Origin: Macrostomum lignano
Taxonomy: Eukaryota
Direction of reading: 5' to 3'
Assembly: GCA_002269645.1 (NCBI GenBank)
Contig: NIVC01000260.1
Coordinates: 248,001-312,000 of the forward strand
Length of the DNA: 64,000 nt
Both the position numbers and the translations under genes were made by a program. The notes beneath the pieces were generated by a model. It was not told the origin of the DNA, ran no database searches, and was given only the letters and a program-made list of their open reading frames with translations. How positions within the stretch are numbered: position 1 is the stretch's first letter; every line of letters starts with the position of its first letter. Of the stretch, positions 19,132 through 36,419 are shown piece by piece.

Positions 19132-19480
19132 CTACTTTCAGTTCAGTAGCAAGTTAAACAGAAGTATTTCATTGTATTTTTAAAGCCAAGGCTCATTTAT
19201 TGGCTCCTACCCCACCCCCCGCTTAAACCCTCTCTCCAACCGCGCCTATCCGCTCTACCCCCGCCCCGCCACCCAATTTTTATTGCCTTTATCGGAATTC
19301 CAGCCTAAAGCTGCCATGTACATTTCAGTGGACTGGCCAATGTACATTCTGGCTGAACCAATTAGCAAGTTGTTTACGCCTGCAAGCTTGGGCTTCTAAA
19401 CTTATTTAAGTCATTGATCAGCTGCCTTTATTCTTATAAAATAGCTTATGTATTCTTCTTTGCTACTGAACTGAAAGTAG
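19132..19480. mobile_element. MITE-like element / long inverted repeat with perfect 21-bp arms, downstream of THAP2
   Basis: CTACTTTCAGTTCAGTAGCAA at 19132-19152 and its exact reverse complement at 19460-19480. No clear TSD. Confidence 0.6.
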
Positions 19481-19959
19481 AAAAGCTGCTTTACTAAGTA
19501 TATATGCCTGGTCTAATGCCAGGGTGATTACCCAGGTGTTATAACTGTATATTTGTATAGGATATCTGACAGCACCTCATTGCCTTTCAATTTTGTTGCA
19601 TGCAGTGATTAATTTTATTTTCTTAATATTATATTATTTTTTAGTTGCATGGTTGCAATGGAATCCATTTTGTTAATTTGGGTTTTACTGATTATGTTTA
19701 ATAATGCTAATTTTCCTATGCAATTTTGCTCATTATTGCAACTACTTATATGAAATAATTTTGTGTGCTTTTTTAATTGCATGATAACTATAAGTGAGTT
19801 CCATATAAACTCGTAAATAAAAATACGTTTATGCGACATTATACTACTTGCAGTAGAGAGTGAAAGAAACCAACAAGTTTTCATCTGCTTGTGTGTTATT
19901 TATTTTCATACGAGTGCATGACTCGTTCAGTTAAATTTGATTGAATCTAACAACCAACA

Positions 19960-20110
19960 ACAGGGAGTAAATTCCGCCCAATAAGAGACACGCACTCATG
20001 CACACGATCACACAGGGTGTACAGTCCCTTGAACGATTTTAGTTCACAAGCCCTAATTGGAATCAAACCAGGGGTCGTGTGAGAGTCGGACGCGTTCTGC
20101 CCTGCCCCCC
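19960..20110 (-). mobile_element. Second SINE-like dispersed repeat (tRNA-like head; CACACAG(G)AGTGTACAG tail motif)
   Basis: The minus-strand head AACGCGTCCGACT resembles 62362-62400 (AGCTCAGTGGGTAAACGCGTCCGACT). The tail motif CACTCACACAG(G)AGTGTACAGCGGCCC recurs at ~25805 (+) and ~53830 (-). Confidence 0.4.
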
Positions 20111-20625
20111 CCCCGAGGTAAATTTAGTATATTTGAATTTAGTATATTTAGATTAACGATTGGTCCCCAGACTTATTTTTGCACAATGAGGCGGTTAATT
20201 TCACATTCGTGTCATTCGTCAGTGTGCATGCAATAATTCATCATTAGTGCATATAATTCCGTGTGTATTAGAACGTTGTACCTTTAATTGGACCAAAATA
20301 AAGGACCTACATGTACATATGTACGTCCCAAAGGACTACTCAAGTAGAAAAACAGGAAACGACGACTCTTTGGGTCTTGGATCTGCCTCCTATCAAAAGC
20401 AATAGCAATTTTTGTGCTAAAAAAATGAGAATCTCTTGTCTCCGTAGCGTATTTTATCGGTAAAACCTGCTGCCTCTTAAAATTTTCCAAGAAATGACGC
20501 AGGGACTACTCCAGGGAGTAGTCCCTGGAAATGACGTAGTTTCCTGTAGTACTTGTAGTAGTCCTTGGTCCATGTACGCGTCCCTACAATATGGTGGGAG
20601 ATATCTCAAGATGTCTCAATCATGT

Positions 20626-23556
20626 TCAATCTCGTTTGTCGGCAACCGCGCGTCCTCTCTGGGCCAGGTAGATTCTTAGAAACAGGCCGGCGAAGACGAC
20701 GCCAACGCCACACCAGGCGTTGCCGCTCAGCCGGTGCTGGTAGACCACGCTTGAGATGAGTATAGCGAATCCCTGGCGCACAGTCATGATGATGGTGAAA
20801 GTCACCGGGCCGAAGCTGTCAATAGTGTGAAAGATGACCAACTGGCCGAGTGTTGAGCACAGAGCCAGCAGGCCGAGGTGACTGGCAAACAATGGCTGCC
20901 TATAGGCGAATCCCAGAGCAGATACGAGCGAGTCCTGCTGCAGCTGGGCAGTGACAGTTGCTAAGCAGGACGCCAGGCTGCTACCTGCCAGCATCTGTAT
21001 CGGACCCGATCGATAGCTGGCGAACAGCTTCGACTGCCAGCTGCTGGTGAAGGCGTCGAACATCAGGTAGCCAGCTAGTAGAGTTGCTCCGCTGACTGCG
21101 TTCATCCACTGCTGCTGTGTAGCTGACGTCGGGTTAGTAGCGGTACTCGTTGGGGAGGATGGCGCTTCAGCGACTTCCGGCGACGACAGTAAGAATAGGG
21201 CCGTCCCTGCGGTTGGGTGCCAGTTGTGAAAGTTATGCTCCCCTATAATCCTCCATTTATACATCTATTTTGAATTTTCACCTTTAACTCATTTGAGCTG
21301 CCCCTAATCCTCTATTTAAGTTTACCCCGAATCGCTCATTTGAGCCGCCCCTAATCCTCTATTTCAGTAACCCTTAATCTCTCATTTGAGCAGCCCTTAA
21401 TCTTCCCTTTGAGCTAACCCTAATCCTCTATTCGAGCTACCCCAAATCCTCCGATTGAGCCACCCCTAATCATCTACATGTATTTGGGCTACATTTACCT
21501 GATACTCTAACCTTTCATTTGAACTGTACCAATTATCCTCCATTTTTACCGTTCCTACAATTAAATTGTGTGAGATCTGAGATCTGAACCTATGAGATCT
21601 GATCGAATGCAATACGAGATCCAATCAAGCATCGTTGCTATCTCATTAGTCTCAAAAGATCAATGGTCATACGTGCAGTATAAGTGCACATTAGCTAACC
21701 ACTACTCAGATCAGCTCACCTCCGCTGATGAGGCCGGCAGTGAAGTACTCGTCGACTCGGTAGGACTTTCTGGACACCAGCCTGCCCATCAGCATTACCG
21801 GTATAATCTTGGACGCCTTAGCTAACACCTGAGTTGGAAAAGTGACGTACACTAACGCTTCGTACTGGCACCAGGAGCTCAGAATGTTCGACACGGAGCT
21901 GTAGACGTACTCAAATGCTGGCGGTGATTGTTTGCCGTCGGTCATCCTGTCGGAAGCCTTGGTCTGGGAGCTCTTCCTCGTCGCGTCCGAAGTCAACGGC
22001 GCAAGCAGCATCAGAGGCAGCGCCAGCAGGCCGCCAAGAGCGCGATTGGCGAACACCAGGAACTGAGAGTCGTGGAAGCGTTCGCCATTGTAGTCGAACG
22101 TCGTCATTCGTTCCTGCAGTAGGCCCCAGGTGAGATAGGCCGCTTGCAGTCCAAGAAAACAGGCCGTCAGGTGCAAGCACCAGCGCAACGAGTAGCTCTG
22201 ACGTTGCTGCTTCTGCTTCTGCTGTTGCTGCTCTTTAGATGATTTTCCTTTGGGAAAAAAATGTATAATAGGATTTGAACTCCAATGAAAGCGCATCAAT
22301 AGTCTCGGTGTCATACTGAGCAATGTTCCTGATGTACATCACGATCCCTCTGGGCATCATCATAAATGATTTTATAATTAGGAAATATCAAAACTACCTA
22401 CCTTACTTTCTTCTTGCCACAATCTAAAAACAGCGACTTTTTAACCTTTCTAAGGTAACCAAACTGTACTCGTAAGAGGTTCGAGCCGAATTTCAAGCAT
22501 GTAGATGTTAGAGACGTACATGTCGATACTGACATACATGTATTTCACTACAAAGTGGTTGCTCTCCCATTTGCCATTTTTGTGATGTAGGGGAGACTTC
22601 GACGCACCACGTAACCTTCTGCCAGCATTCAACGAGGCGCGGAGACGTCACCTCGGACACCCGCTAAGGCTGGACGAGCTCACCACCGCGGACCAGATCC
22701 GTGATCTACGCGCATTTGTCCGGGACTCCGGGCGGATGAAGATCGCAGACGCCTGCACACTCGCGAGCTTTTCTGCTGCTGGCGAGGGGTGGGCGCAGCC
22801 CCAGCCTTTCTTTTAGCTTGACTTTGCGATAGGGGCCTCGTGGCCTATTCGTGGCGCTCTAGGCCATCTAAATCTTCTGTATGGATATGGACTTCTATAG
22901 ATCATCATCTGTGTGACAGACCTTTAAAGACCATTGACACAATTAAACTCCGGCTGCAGGGTGCACAACGGCCCAGAATTTCTCATCGCCCGTCATGTGT
23001 ACACACACTGAGCATTTGGGGAATGGTTGGCCTCCTTAGCGCAAATCATTTGACAAGCCAAAGACCGATTTCGTGTCCAGAATCGAAGGCAGGAACTTAG
23101 GTTGCGTCCTTAGTTCTAAACTTTTCTAGACTCACTTGGAGCTCCCAGCTTGTCGTTCTCGTCATCCTTCGGTGAAGCCGCACCTCCGCCGGGTAACGCC
23201 AGAGTTCGAATGCAGCTGGGCAAGATGCCCCGGCTGGGTCCCCTGCGATCGTAGCCCCAGGCCTGAACCAGTCGCAGGACGAAATACAGCGGCAACAGGG
23301 AGGACGCGTAGCCGATCAGGTTAGCCAGGAATCGAACAGGCCAGTCTGCTTTCAGCTCCTCTGCCAGCGCCGAGAGCTCTGCTAGCAGTGCCGTGTCGAT
23401 TAGCCAGGTTGGCAACGGATTCAACCAACGCCACGGAGTCACTGCGGCAATTGCGGAGGCCGCGAAAGCCAAGATCACTCTAGAAAATGAACGATTAAGG
23501 ACCGGGTTAGTGAAATACCGCACTGATTTACATGCAAACTTAAGGAGCGCCAGCAT
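20626..23556 (-). CDS. SLC35B2: Adenosine 3'-phospho 5'-phosphosulfate (PAPS) transporter 1 (slalom/PAPST1). Exons 23556-23136, 22247-21720, 21206-20626; 509 aa
   Basis: Motifs [118 protein letters not shown]. Both introns are GT-AG, phase 1. Confidence 0.95.
21290..21480. repeat. Degenerate copy of the 23-bp CCCTAATCCTC minisatellite (SLC35B2 intron 2)
   Basis: Units GAGC(T/C)(G/A)CCCCTAATCCTCTATT match 14081-14472. Confidence 0.8.
22600..22880 (+). mobile_element. 3'-terminal fragment of a non-LTR retrotransposon (R1/LOA-like), SLC35B2 intron 1
   Basis: Reads [39 protein letters not shown], similar to the post-CCHC C-terminus of R1/LOA ORF2. It is followed by a GC-rich 3' UTR with GGCC hairpins ending CCATCTAAATCT. 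Confidence 0.45.
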
Positions 23557-24191
23557 TCGGTGTCTTGTTTGGCGCCCTGTCTCCTGGACTATTTTTGTGC
23601 AGAAGCCGCAAATTAATGTGGGATCGAACTCGGGGACTTAAAATGCTTTGAGCCAGACTAAGATCTGGAAGATATCAACTCACATAGTGTGCACTTGTCC
23701 CAGGCTCAGTGACGCAATAATCGACTTTGTAGGCTTCTTCATCGCGAGGCCTCTCTGATAATTGACGCCAGTATCTGGCAGCTTGCTAAGTTTTTTGCTC
23801 CTGTCCTTTGGCTGTTGCTTTGGCTTAACAGTTGGGAAGTTAAATAGTAGCTCAGAGAGTCAGGAGTTCAGAATCGATATTCTCTGACTATTTACGGTGC
23901 GATTGGAAATCAACGGCTGTTGAAAATTTGTTAGTAGCCACAAAATTACAATTCTCTTTAACTCTCCGGTCCGTACGCTACGCTCTGAAAAGTTTTACTC
24001 GCTTTCTCAGTGCATGCTGCTGATCGGTATCGAGGTGCTTGACTAAGTGAGCAGCTGCTCCGCAAGCACCCTGTATGGCATGGCTGCGCTGACTGTGCGA
24101 GAGTGTCAGAGTGGTGGACCAATATACTGACGTTTGCATTCATTCACGGAGAGCGCAAGGACGGCCGCTCCCGTGGAGTCATGGACGAAGA

Positions 24192-24226
<35 letters not shown>

Positions 24227-26594
24227 GCTGTGCCCTGCCGATTCCAGATGTTCCGTGCTCAAATATTACTGTACCGTATTTCTGTCTCGGTGCTCGCTGA
24301 TTCAAGTTCTCAGGCTTCACTCATTCACTGTGTAGGTTTGAATATTCCGACAGCTAGTTTGAAATGTATAAACTGAGTCACTGACTCGGTCGTACATGGA
24401 CTCACTCCTTTCCAACGGGGAATTGTGTAATTAAAAACTCTCTTAGTTCACCATAAATGATCTGTTCTTTTTTTTTGGTCTCCTTCTTCGATTCTGAACA
24501 TTTTATCACATTGCACTTCGAGTTCGAACTGCTTTAAACTGGAACGGAGGCAGATTAATCTGCTTTGGCCCAGTCTGCATTGTCTGTCTGTCTGTAAAGA
24601 GATATCTTCAACGGACATTCTCAGTAGCAATATGTACATATTAGATTCAGTGCCAACGGCGCCGCGGGGGGGAGGGGGCTTGGGTCAGGACAGGAGTGTA
24701 CATTTGCCCTGGCCGTCGAATGTACACACACACACTCTCTCTCTCGGTCGGAGCCAAGTTGAAATGTACATTGCTTTTTCTATTTTAATGTTTAGCAAAC
24801 ATATGGAAACCCCGCCCAGGCCAGTGGGTGTTCCGAAGAAGTTCAATTAAAAATCTGCTGTGTCATGCTCGCCTGCCAATAGGGGGACTTAGGAGGTTTA
24901 CGCTTTAAGGCCGCTTCGATCCTTGAAAAAGACACTTTGCACTTTTGTAAAGAAAGGCATAAACTTTTTATCTGTATGGTCTTGGATTTCAAAATTGATT
25001 TTAATGTTTTTAATGTCTTAATGTTAATGTTTCTAATAATGTTGAACATGCAATAATTTAGCACTAAAACTTTTAACACTACTAATAGTAACAGCCATTT
25101 AGCCTTCGTTAGCTATCGAAAGTGACTGTGTAGCAATGTGAATTTTTTAAGTTTTTTTATTTTGAGCTTGTGAACTTTCGAGACTGTTGTGACTGCATTA
25201 GCCATTTTATGAGCGTTCATGTCTTGCAAAAAATGAATTGTCTGATTTTTATTTGAAGGTCCTTTAACTCAATAGAAAGTCCTTGTCATTCTATTAAAAC
25301 TTCCCATACGCAGAAAATGGTCTCAAATTTCGGCTTTATTCAACAGAGCAAAATGTTTTGATCATAGGTCACGTCCCACACTGTATTTACACTCCATTCT
25401 TGGACATTAGCAAATACTAGTGTATTACTACAGCGCGTGTACGTGGTATTTTGAAATTCATCGTGTTTTTGCATTCATGGATTTTGATCCTGGCTCGCTC
25501 ATCGCGGAATCCGATCAAGTATGCTAAGGGAACGCGCAAGGACCTTTGGAAATAGCGACGACTTGGACTGGAAGCCCGCACGGAATCCAAAGTCAGTTAT
25601 TATATATTTTTGTAAGTCTATTTAAATGTTATGTTCTGAGATTTATCTGCATTCTAGATTAGAGGCAGGGGGCTGTGTGCACCCTGGCGCACTTTAAGCG
25701 ACATTGTCGCAAAACCAGCGAGAGGCATTGCTGCCCATTCCACCGACTCCCCTGAGCAGGCACACAAGCACGCGGATACGTACGCAGTCATACGCACAGG
25801 TACACACTCACACAGGAGTGTACAGCGGCCCTGACTTTATTTATCGTTAGTCATGTACACTTCAATGTACCTTGGGGGTTGGCCCTCAAGGCCGTTAATT
25901 GCACGAGCAGAGCCAAGCCGAGATTCCAATTCAGCCCCAAATTAATCTGACTTATAACAATAAAACAATAATGTGGTTATAAAAAAGGATATCACACAGG
26001 GCTGGTGTGGGTTACGGCCTCTAAATCCGCGGGTCTCTAAGGCTCCATGAAACCCGTCTTGACGTTGCAATCGGTAAAACATCCTCAATCGTATACACTT
26101 TTTCTGCTCTGTAAAGCAGAAATTTGCTTCTAGAAGAAATCTTTCGACTGGATGAAGGACACGAAGCAGTTCATGGTCTGCAGTGGTCTGTCATCTAAGC
26201 TGGTACAGTTCCTGGGCCTACCAGTAACTCAACTTAGCTACATTTGCGGAAGAAACAAGCCAAGCCTAAACTCAATTATCCTGCTCATTTTCTCTCTCCC
26301 CCCCTCTCTGTCCGCGGTTCCCAGCCTCTTGTTCAACATTCACTCCGAGCCTAGCGTGTAGTGACTATAGCTATACTCTCAGCTCAAAAAAAGTCTCAAG
26401 TCTCTGCAGCTCTCAATGCCGCGAGTCGCCTGTGCGAGCTCTTTGATTTCTCAACCATGCATCTTAGGAAGTTGATGGAAGTAAGAAAGGATGTTGGTGT
26501 GCATTGCTGACTGATTTTTAGATACAATGCATTGAAGTAGGAAAAAGTCAAAGAAATTTAGACACACTCACAGACCTATGTACGGACAGTGACA

Positions 26595-27440
26595 GTTAGA
26601 TACAGGCACAGTCACAGTCACAGACACGGACACAGTCACAGTCACAGACACAGACACAGTCACAGACACAGACACGGACACAGTCACAGACACAGACACG
26701 GACACAGACACAGTCACAGACACAGACACAGACACAGTCACAGACACAGACACGGACACAGACACAGTCACAGACACAGACACAGACACAGACACAGTCA
26801 CAGACAGTCACAGACACGGACACAGACACAGAAACGGACACAGTCACAGTCACAGTCACAGACAGTCACAGGCACGGACACAGACACAGACACAGTCACA
26901 GTCACAGACACGGACACAGTCACAGTCACAGACAGTCACAGTCACAGACACAGACACAGACACAGTCACAGACACGGACACAGTCACAGTCACAGACACA
27001 GACACAGACACAGTCACAGACACAGACACGGACACAGACACAGTCACAGACACAGACACAGACACAGTCACAGACAGTCACAGACACGGACACAGACACA
27101 GACACGGACACAGTCACAGTCACAGTCACAGTCACAGACACAGACACAGACACAGACACAGACACAGTCACAGACACGGACACAGTCACAGTCACAGACA
27201 CAGACACAGACACAGACACAGTCACAGACAGTCACAGACAGTCACAGACACGGACACAGACACAGACACGGACACAGTCACAGACACAGTCACAGTCACA
27301 GACACAGACACAGTCACAGACACAGTCACAGACACAGACACAGTCACAGTCACAGACACAGTCACAGACAGTCACAGACACGGACACAGACACAGACACG
27401 GACACAGACACAGACACAGACACGGACACAGGCAGTCACA
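26595..27440. repeat. Compound hexamer microsatellite (CACAGA/CACAGT/CACGGA)
   Basis: Direct reading. It accounts for all overlapping ORF-track calls here. Confidence 0.96.
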
Positions 27441-28199
27441 GACTCTCAAAGAAGCAACAAGCAAGCATGAACTTGAAAGACTAAGAAATGTGGAGAAGGA
27501 CTTTGAGCAAGAATTAGATTGAATCTGAAGTAGAATTTCCATTCAAAATTTCTCTTCATTAAATTCCCTCTCAAAAGACCAAGGCACTTCTCTTCTTTCC
27601 AAATTCTCATTATCATTCGAGCCACTTGAAAAGTTCTCGATGTACCACCCCCTGAGGGGATCTGTTGAGCCACTTGGGGCCCAGCTCTCGTCCATAATTA
27701 AGTGGATAGAATATAATCGAGTCGCATGTATATTTGTGATGCCCGCCAGATTATTTCAGTTTCAACAGCGGAGAAAAAAAATCGAGTGTTCGAGCTTACA
27801 GAACTTCTCAAACCATGCGCACCAATGCATATTTCGGCTTTCTTTACCCTCGAATCAAGAATCAAATAAATCAAATTATTCGAAAAAAGATTTGGTCGAG
27901 AGAGCCCGGATGAGAAACGCCCAGTTGGAATATTGTTAAATTAATTTGAATGCAAATTAACAGACTGCCGTTTTGACCAAACGAACGAACGCCAACCCAT
28001 TCGTCATCAGCCATAGTTCAATTGGAAGAAGACCACACGTGTTTCGTTTGCTCTAGAAGGGTTCTGCTTTAATCAATCAATCCGATTCAAATTGCAACCG
28101 TGTGTAGTGGTACTGAGAGTTGCAAGAACTAGTCAACACTCAATTTTCTTCACAAAGAAGAGCCTCCAAGGACCAAGGACTATTTTTCCGTCCATCGAG

Positions 28200-28620
28200 C
28201 TATCTACCAAGGAGAGGGGGACTCCCTTGACCATTTTTTTGCTTGCACCGGAACGGAGCAACGCAGGCACACGAAGTTAAAGAACATCAGCGAACTCTTT
28301 GTTGCGCACCTTCTCAAGCAAGAATCAAGTCGCCAGCCCTCTGGACCGTCGAGATATTCAACGATCCTGCCAGACGGTCGGATTTTTCCCATAAGCGTCA
28401 GTGTATTCAATACGACCCTGTGCGCCTTGCCAAGCCTCCAGCTGAGCGATCAGCTCTGGCTTTGCGGCATCCAAAAATTCGCAACGTTCATTCATCCAGG
28501 TGTCCATCAGTTACCTGGTGTCACCTGTTGAAGGTCCAGATCGGCTCCATCTGGGTGCAGGCTAGTGACCAACGAAGTCAGAAAGTGTCCATAGAGTTCA
28601 ACGTTCTTGGTGTAACTCAA
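28200..28620. mobile_element. Unclassified dispersed repeat; related modules at 62590-62950 and 63495-63660
   Basis: GTCGAGATATTCAACGAT(C/T)CTGCCAGA...GATTTTTCC...CAGTGTATTCAAT occurs at ~28348 and ~62721. GGAGGGCTGGCGACTTGATTC at ~63566 matches the reverse complement of ~28325-28345. Confidence 0.6.
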
Positions 28621-29014
28621 AATGTTCCTTAAACACGGAATTCTGTACATCTTTTTATATGTTTGTCAAGTTCACTTCAAAATCATAAAATAAGACCTAA
28701 CCTTCCTATAGGGAAAAATCAAATTTTATATTACAGCTTTTAGAATGCAATTAAGTTGCTTGAGTAAGCAGTGGCGCATTTTTAAGTTTCTGGATACGTG
28801 GGAAAAACAAAAAAAACAATTTATCAGAATACAACCTTAAGTTCGCAATGAGAAAACTTTAAATGACAGAAAAATACGCACAAAGATTTGCATAATATGA
28901 CGATGAGAGTGATTACGTTAGTTATAATGTTATGATATGCAAGTGTTGCCGTCAAGATTACAGAGCGGACTGAAGAACTTCCGTATCGTATCGTATCGGG
29001 GGCACCAAAGCAGA

Positions 29015-29515
29015 TAATGGGGGGGGCGCCAAATGAGATAAGGGGCGCCAAATCAGGTAATGGGGGGCGCCAAATCAGGTAATGGGGGGGGGCGCCAAAT
29101 CAGGTAATGGGGGGCGCCAAATCAGATAATCGGGGCGTCAAATCAGATAATTGGGGCGTCAAATCAGTTAATGGGAGGGGGCGCCAAATCAGATAATCGG
29201 AACGTCAAATCAGATAATGGGAGGGGGCGCCAAATCAGATAATTGGGGCGCCAAATCAGATAATCGGGGCGCCAAATCAGATAATTGGGGCGTCAAATCA
29301 GTTAATGGGAGGGGGCGCCAAATCAGATAATCGGGGCGTCAAATCAGATAATGGGAGGGGGCGCCAAATCAGATTATCGGGGCGTCAAATCAGATAATGG
29401 GAGGGGGCGCCAAATCAGATAATCGGGGCGTCAAATCAGATAATGGGGGGCGCCAAATCAGGTAATGAGGGGCTCCAGATCAAAACAGTTCAAAATAATC
29501 GGGGGCGCCAAATCT
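29015..29515. repeat. 20-22-bp minisatellite (GGGGCGCCAAATCAGATAAT..)
   Basis: About 22 tandem units. Confidence 0.93.
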
Positions 29516-29665
29516 GTGACCTGTGACCTGGTCTAAAGAGTTGCTAACGATCAGGCATCGCTCTTGAGTCCGCTCTTATCCGAAGAAAACCGACTTACGT
29601 TGCGCATCTAGTCTCAACAAAACAGCCTACAGCTGTATATCTGAGTATCCTGTGCCGCTTTCAAC

Positions 29666-32703
<3,038 letters not shown>

Positions 32704-33344
32704 CCTCCGATCTCTACAGGGAGACTTTTTAGACAGCTGAAATCCGAGCTTTGCTAAGATTGATTTTTTGTTCCACTTTTTTATACAAGTCCAGCGTGTA
32801 GAAATGGAGCTTCATTCAGATTGGCCGTTGGCTGCCAACTGCGAGGCTAAATCTGCCGGGAGGATGGGGTGGGTCGGGGCGAGCACCCAAGGGGGGGGGC
32901 GTGCCCATTTGAAGTCCTGGGCTGCAGTTTCCCTCTTGTGTCTCTCTCTACCCCCTCCCCCTCCTCAGGCCTGCAGGGCTTTCGCCTTTGCCCTTATCTG
33001 GCTGACTCTGCCACTTCCCTTGGCCAGTCAGTAAGCAGCTGTGCGCTCAAGCTGGGCCGTAGTAAGAGCAAAATATATCGGGAAAAGGGGAAGAGAAGGG
33101 TCAGTCAGGCCCCCTTAATCTCCCTATTCGACCCCCCCGTCCCTCGAGGCGTGAAAATGGAGGGTTCTTGTCCGAGTCGAGCTTAATCCCATCTCTCTTT
33201 CTTTCTCCTTGCTTATCGTTCTCTCTCGCTTCTCTCCCGCTTTCACTGCCTATTCTAATCTCACAGGGTGTGAGAAAGTTGGTCTCACTCTGTGCAAGCC
33301 CTGATTCACTTCTGTTGTGAGACTCCTACGCGTAGGGCTGTGAG

Positions 33345-34815
33345 GATTTAAGACTGTAAGGATTTGGGACTGTGGGGATTTGGGACTGTGAGGATTTGGG
33401 ACTGTGAGGATTAGGGACTGTGAGGATTTGGGACTGTGAGGATTTGGGACTGTGAGGATTTGGGACTGTGAGGATTTGGGACTGTGAGGATTTGGGACTG
33501 TGAGGATTTGGGACTGTGGGGATTTGGGACTGTGAGGATTTGGGACTGTGAGGATTTGGGACTGTGAGGATTCGGGACTGTGAGGATTTGGGACTGTGAG
33601 GATTTGGGACTGTGAGGATTTGGGACTGTGAGGATTTGGGACTGGGGATTTGGGACTAAGGATTTGGGACTGTGAGGATTTGGGACTCTGAGGATTTGGG
33701 ACTGTGAGGATTTGGGACTGTGAGGATTTGGGACTGTGAGGATTTGGGACTGTGAGGATTTGGGACTGGGGATTTGGGACTAAGGATTTGGGACTGTGAG
33801 GATTTGGGACTCTGAGGATTTGGGACTGTGAGGATTTGGGACTGTGAGGATTTGGGACTGTGAGGATTTGGGACTGTGAGGATTTGGGACTGTGAGGATT
33901 TGGGACTGTGAGGATTTGGGACTGTGAGGATTTGGGACTGTGAGGATTTGGGACTGTGAGGATTTGGGACTGTGAGGATTTGGGACTGTGAGGATTTGGG
34001 ACTGTGAGGATTCGGGGCTGTGGGGATTCGGGACTGTTAGGATCAGGACTGTGAGGATTTGGGACTGTGAGGATTTGGGACTGTGAGGATTTGGGACTGT
34101 GAGGATTTGGGACTGTGAGGATTTGGGACTGTGAGGATTTGGGACTGTGAGGATTTGGGACTGGGGATTTGGGACTAAGGATTTGGGACTGTGAGGATTT
34201 GGGACTCTGAGGATTTGGGACTGTGAGGATTTGGGACTGTGAGGATTTGGGACTGTGAGGATTTGGGACTGTGAGGATTTGGGACTGGGGATTTGGGACT
34301 AAGGATTTGGGACTGTGAGGATTTGGGACTCTGAGGATTTGGGACTGTGAGGATTTGGGACTGTGAGGATTTGGGACTGTGAGGATTTGGGACTGTGAGG
34401 ATTTGGGACTGTGAGGATTTGGGACTGTGAGGATTTGGGACTGTGAGGATTTGGGACTGTGAGGATTTGGGACTGTGAGGATTCGGGGCTGTGGGGATTC
34501 GGGACTGTTAGGATCAGGACTGTGAGGATTTGGGACTGTGAGGATTTGGGACTGTGAGGATTTGGGACTGTGAGGATTTGGGACTGTGAAGATTTGGGAC
34601 TGTGGGGATTCGGGGCTGTGGGGATTCGGGACTGTGAGGATCAGGACTGTGAGGATTTGGGACTGTGAGGATTTGGGACTGTGAGGATTTGGGACTGTGA
34701 GGATCAGGACTGTGAGGATTCGGGACTGTGAGGATCGGGACTGTGAGGTTTTGGGACTGTGAGGATTTGGGACTGTGGGGATTCGGGACTGTGGGAATTC
34801 GGGACTGTGAGGATT
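33345..34815. repeat. 16-bp minisatellite (GGGACTGTGAGGATTT)
   Basis: About 90 units, with internal block duplications. Confidence 0.97.
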
Positions 34816-35387
34816 TCGATGGGTACGATTTGGGATGGAAAGTTTGGGGAATAGGGAGTTTAGCAGTTGGGTAGTTAATTTATGGAGAGTTTGAGAATAA
34901 GCAGAGTTCTTTTACTATTTTTTTAATGAGACACAACAGATAAATCTACAACTACCGAGCATTGCGCTTGTTCTCACGAATAAATTTGCTCCATACGAAA
35001 AGAAGGTTTCTCAATTATCTAATTCATCAAAGCAGTCTGCAGCAGTCAGTGTCAGCTGTCAGTATGCTGCCCAGCAGACTTCTTTTACAAGCCTTTCGTT
35101 TTTTGCTCTGTTCTGCGTTCTCTCCCTCTCTGCTAGGCCGAGAAGCAGCTGCCCAGTTGTGCATGGATTACCTTTTCGGGGAAAATTGTTCTCTGCAAAA
35201 ACTGAAGACGAACACTTGGCTATAAACTGCTGCCTTGGGCATTGAGGAGAATTGATGGAGGAAGGTGAAGTTTCTGGTGGATTGCACTTTACTGCTGCGG
35301 TGTTTTGACCACCAACAAGTACCTCTTTAACGGTTGAGGGGTATTCGTTTAATGTCATCCTCTAGGAAAACGCAGTCATAACATAGG

Positions 35388-36419
<1,032 letters not shown>

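Noticed and set aside
26568-27470. His/Arg/Ser- and Val/Ser/Cys-repeat ORFs
   Set aside because: Products of the CACAGA/CACAGT hexamer microsatellite, open in several frames and on both strands.
27446-27673. RIWKEEKCLGLLRGN resembling a mitochondrial-carrier motif
   Set aside because: Isolated, with no PxD/ExxK motif or further exons, and AT-rich context.
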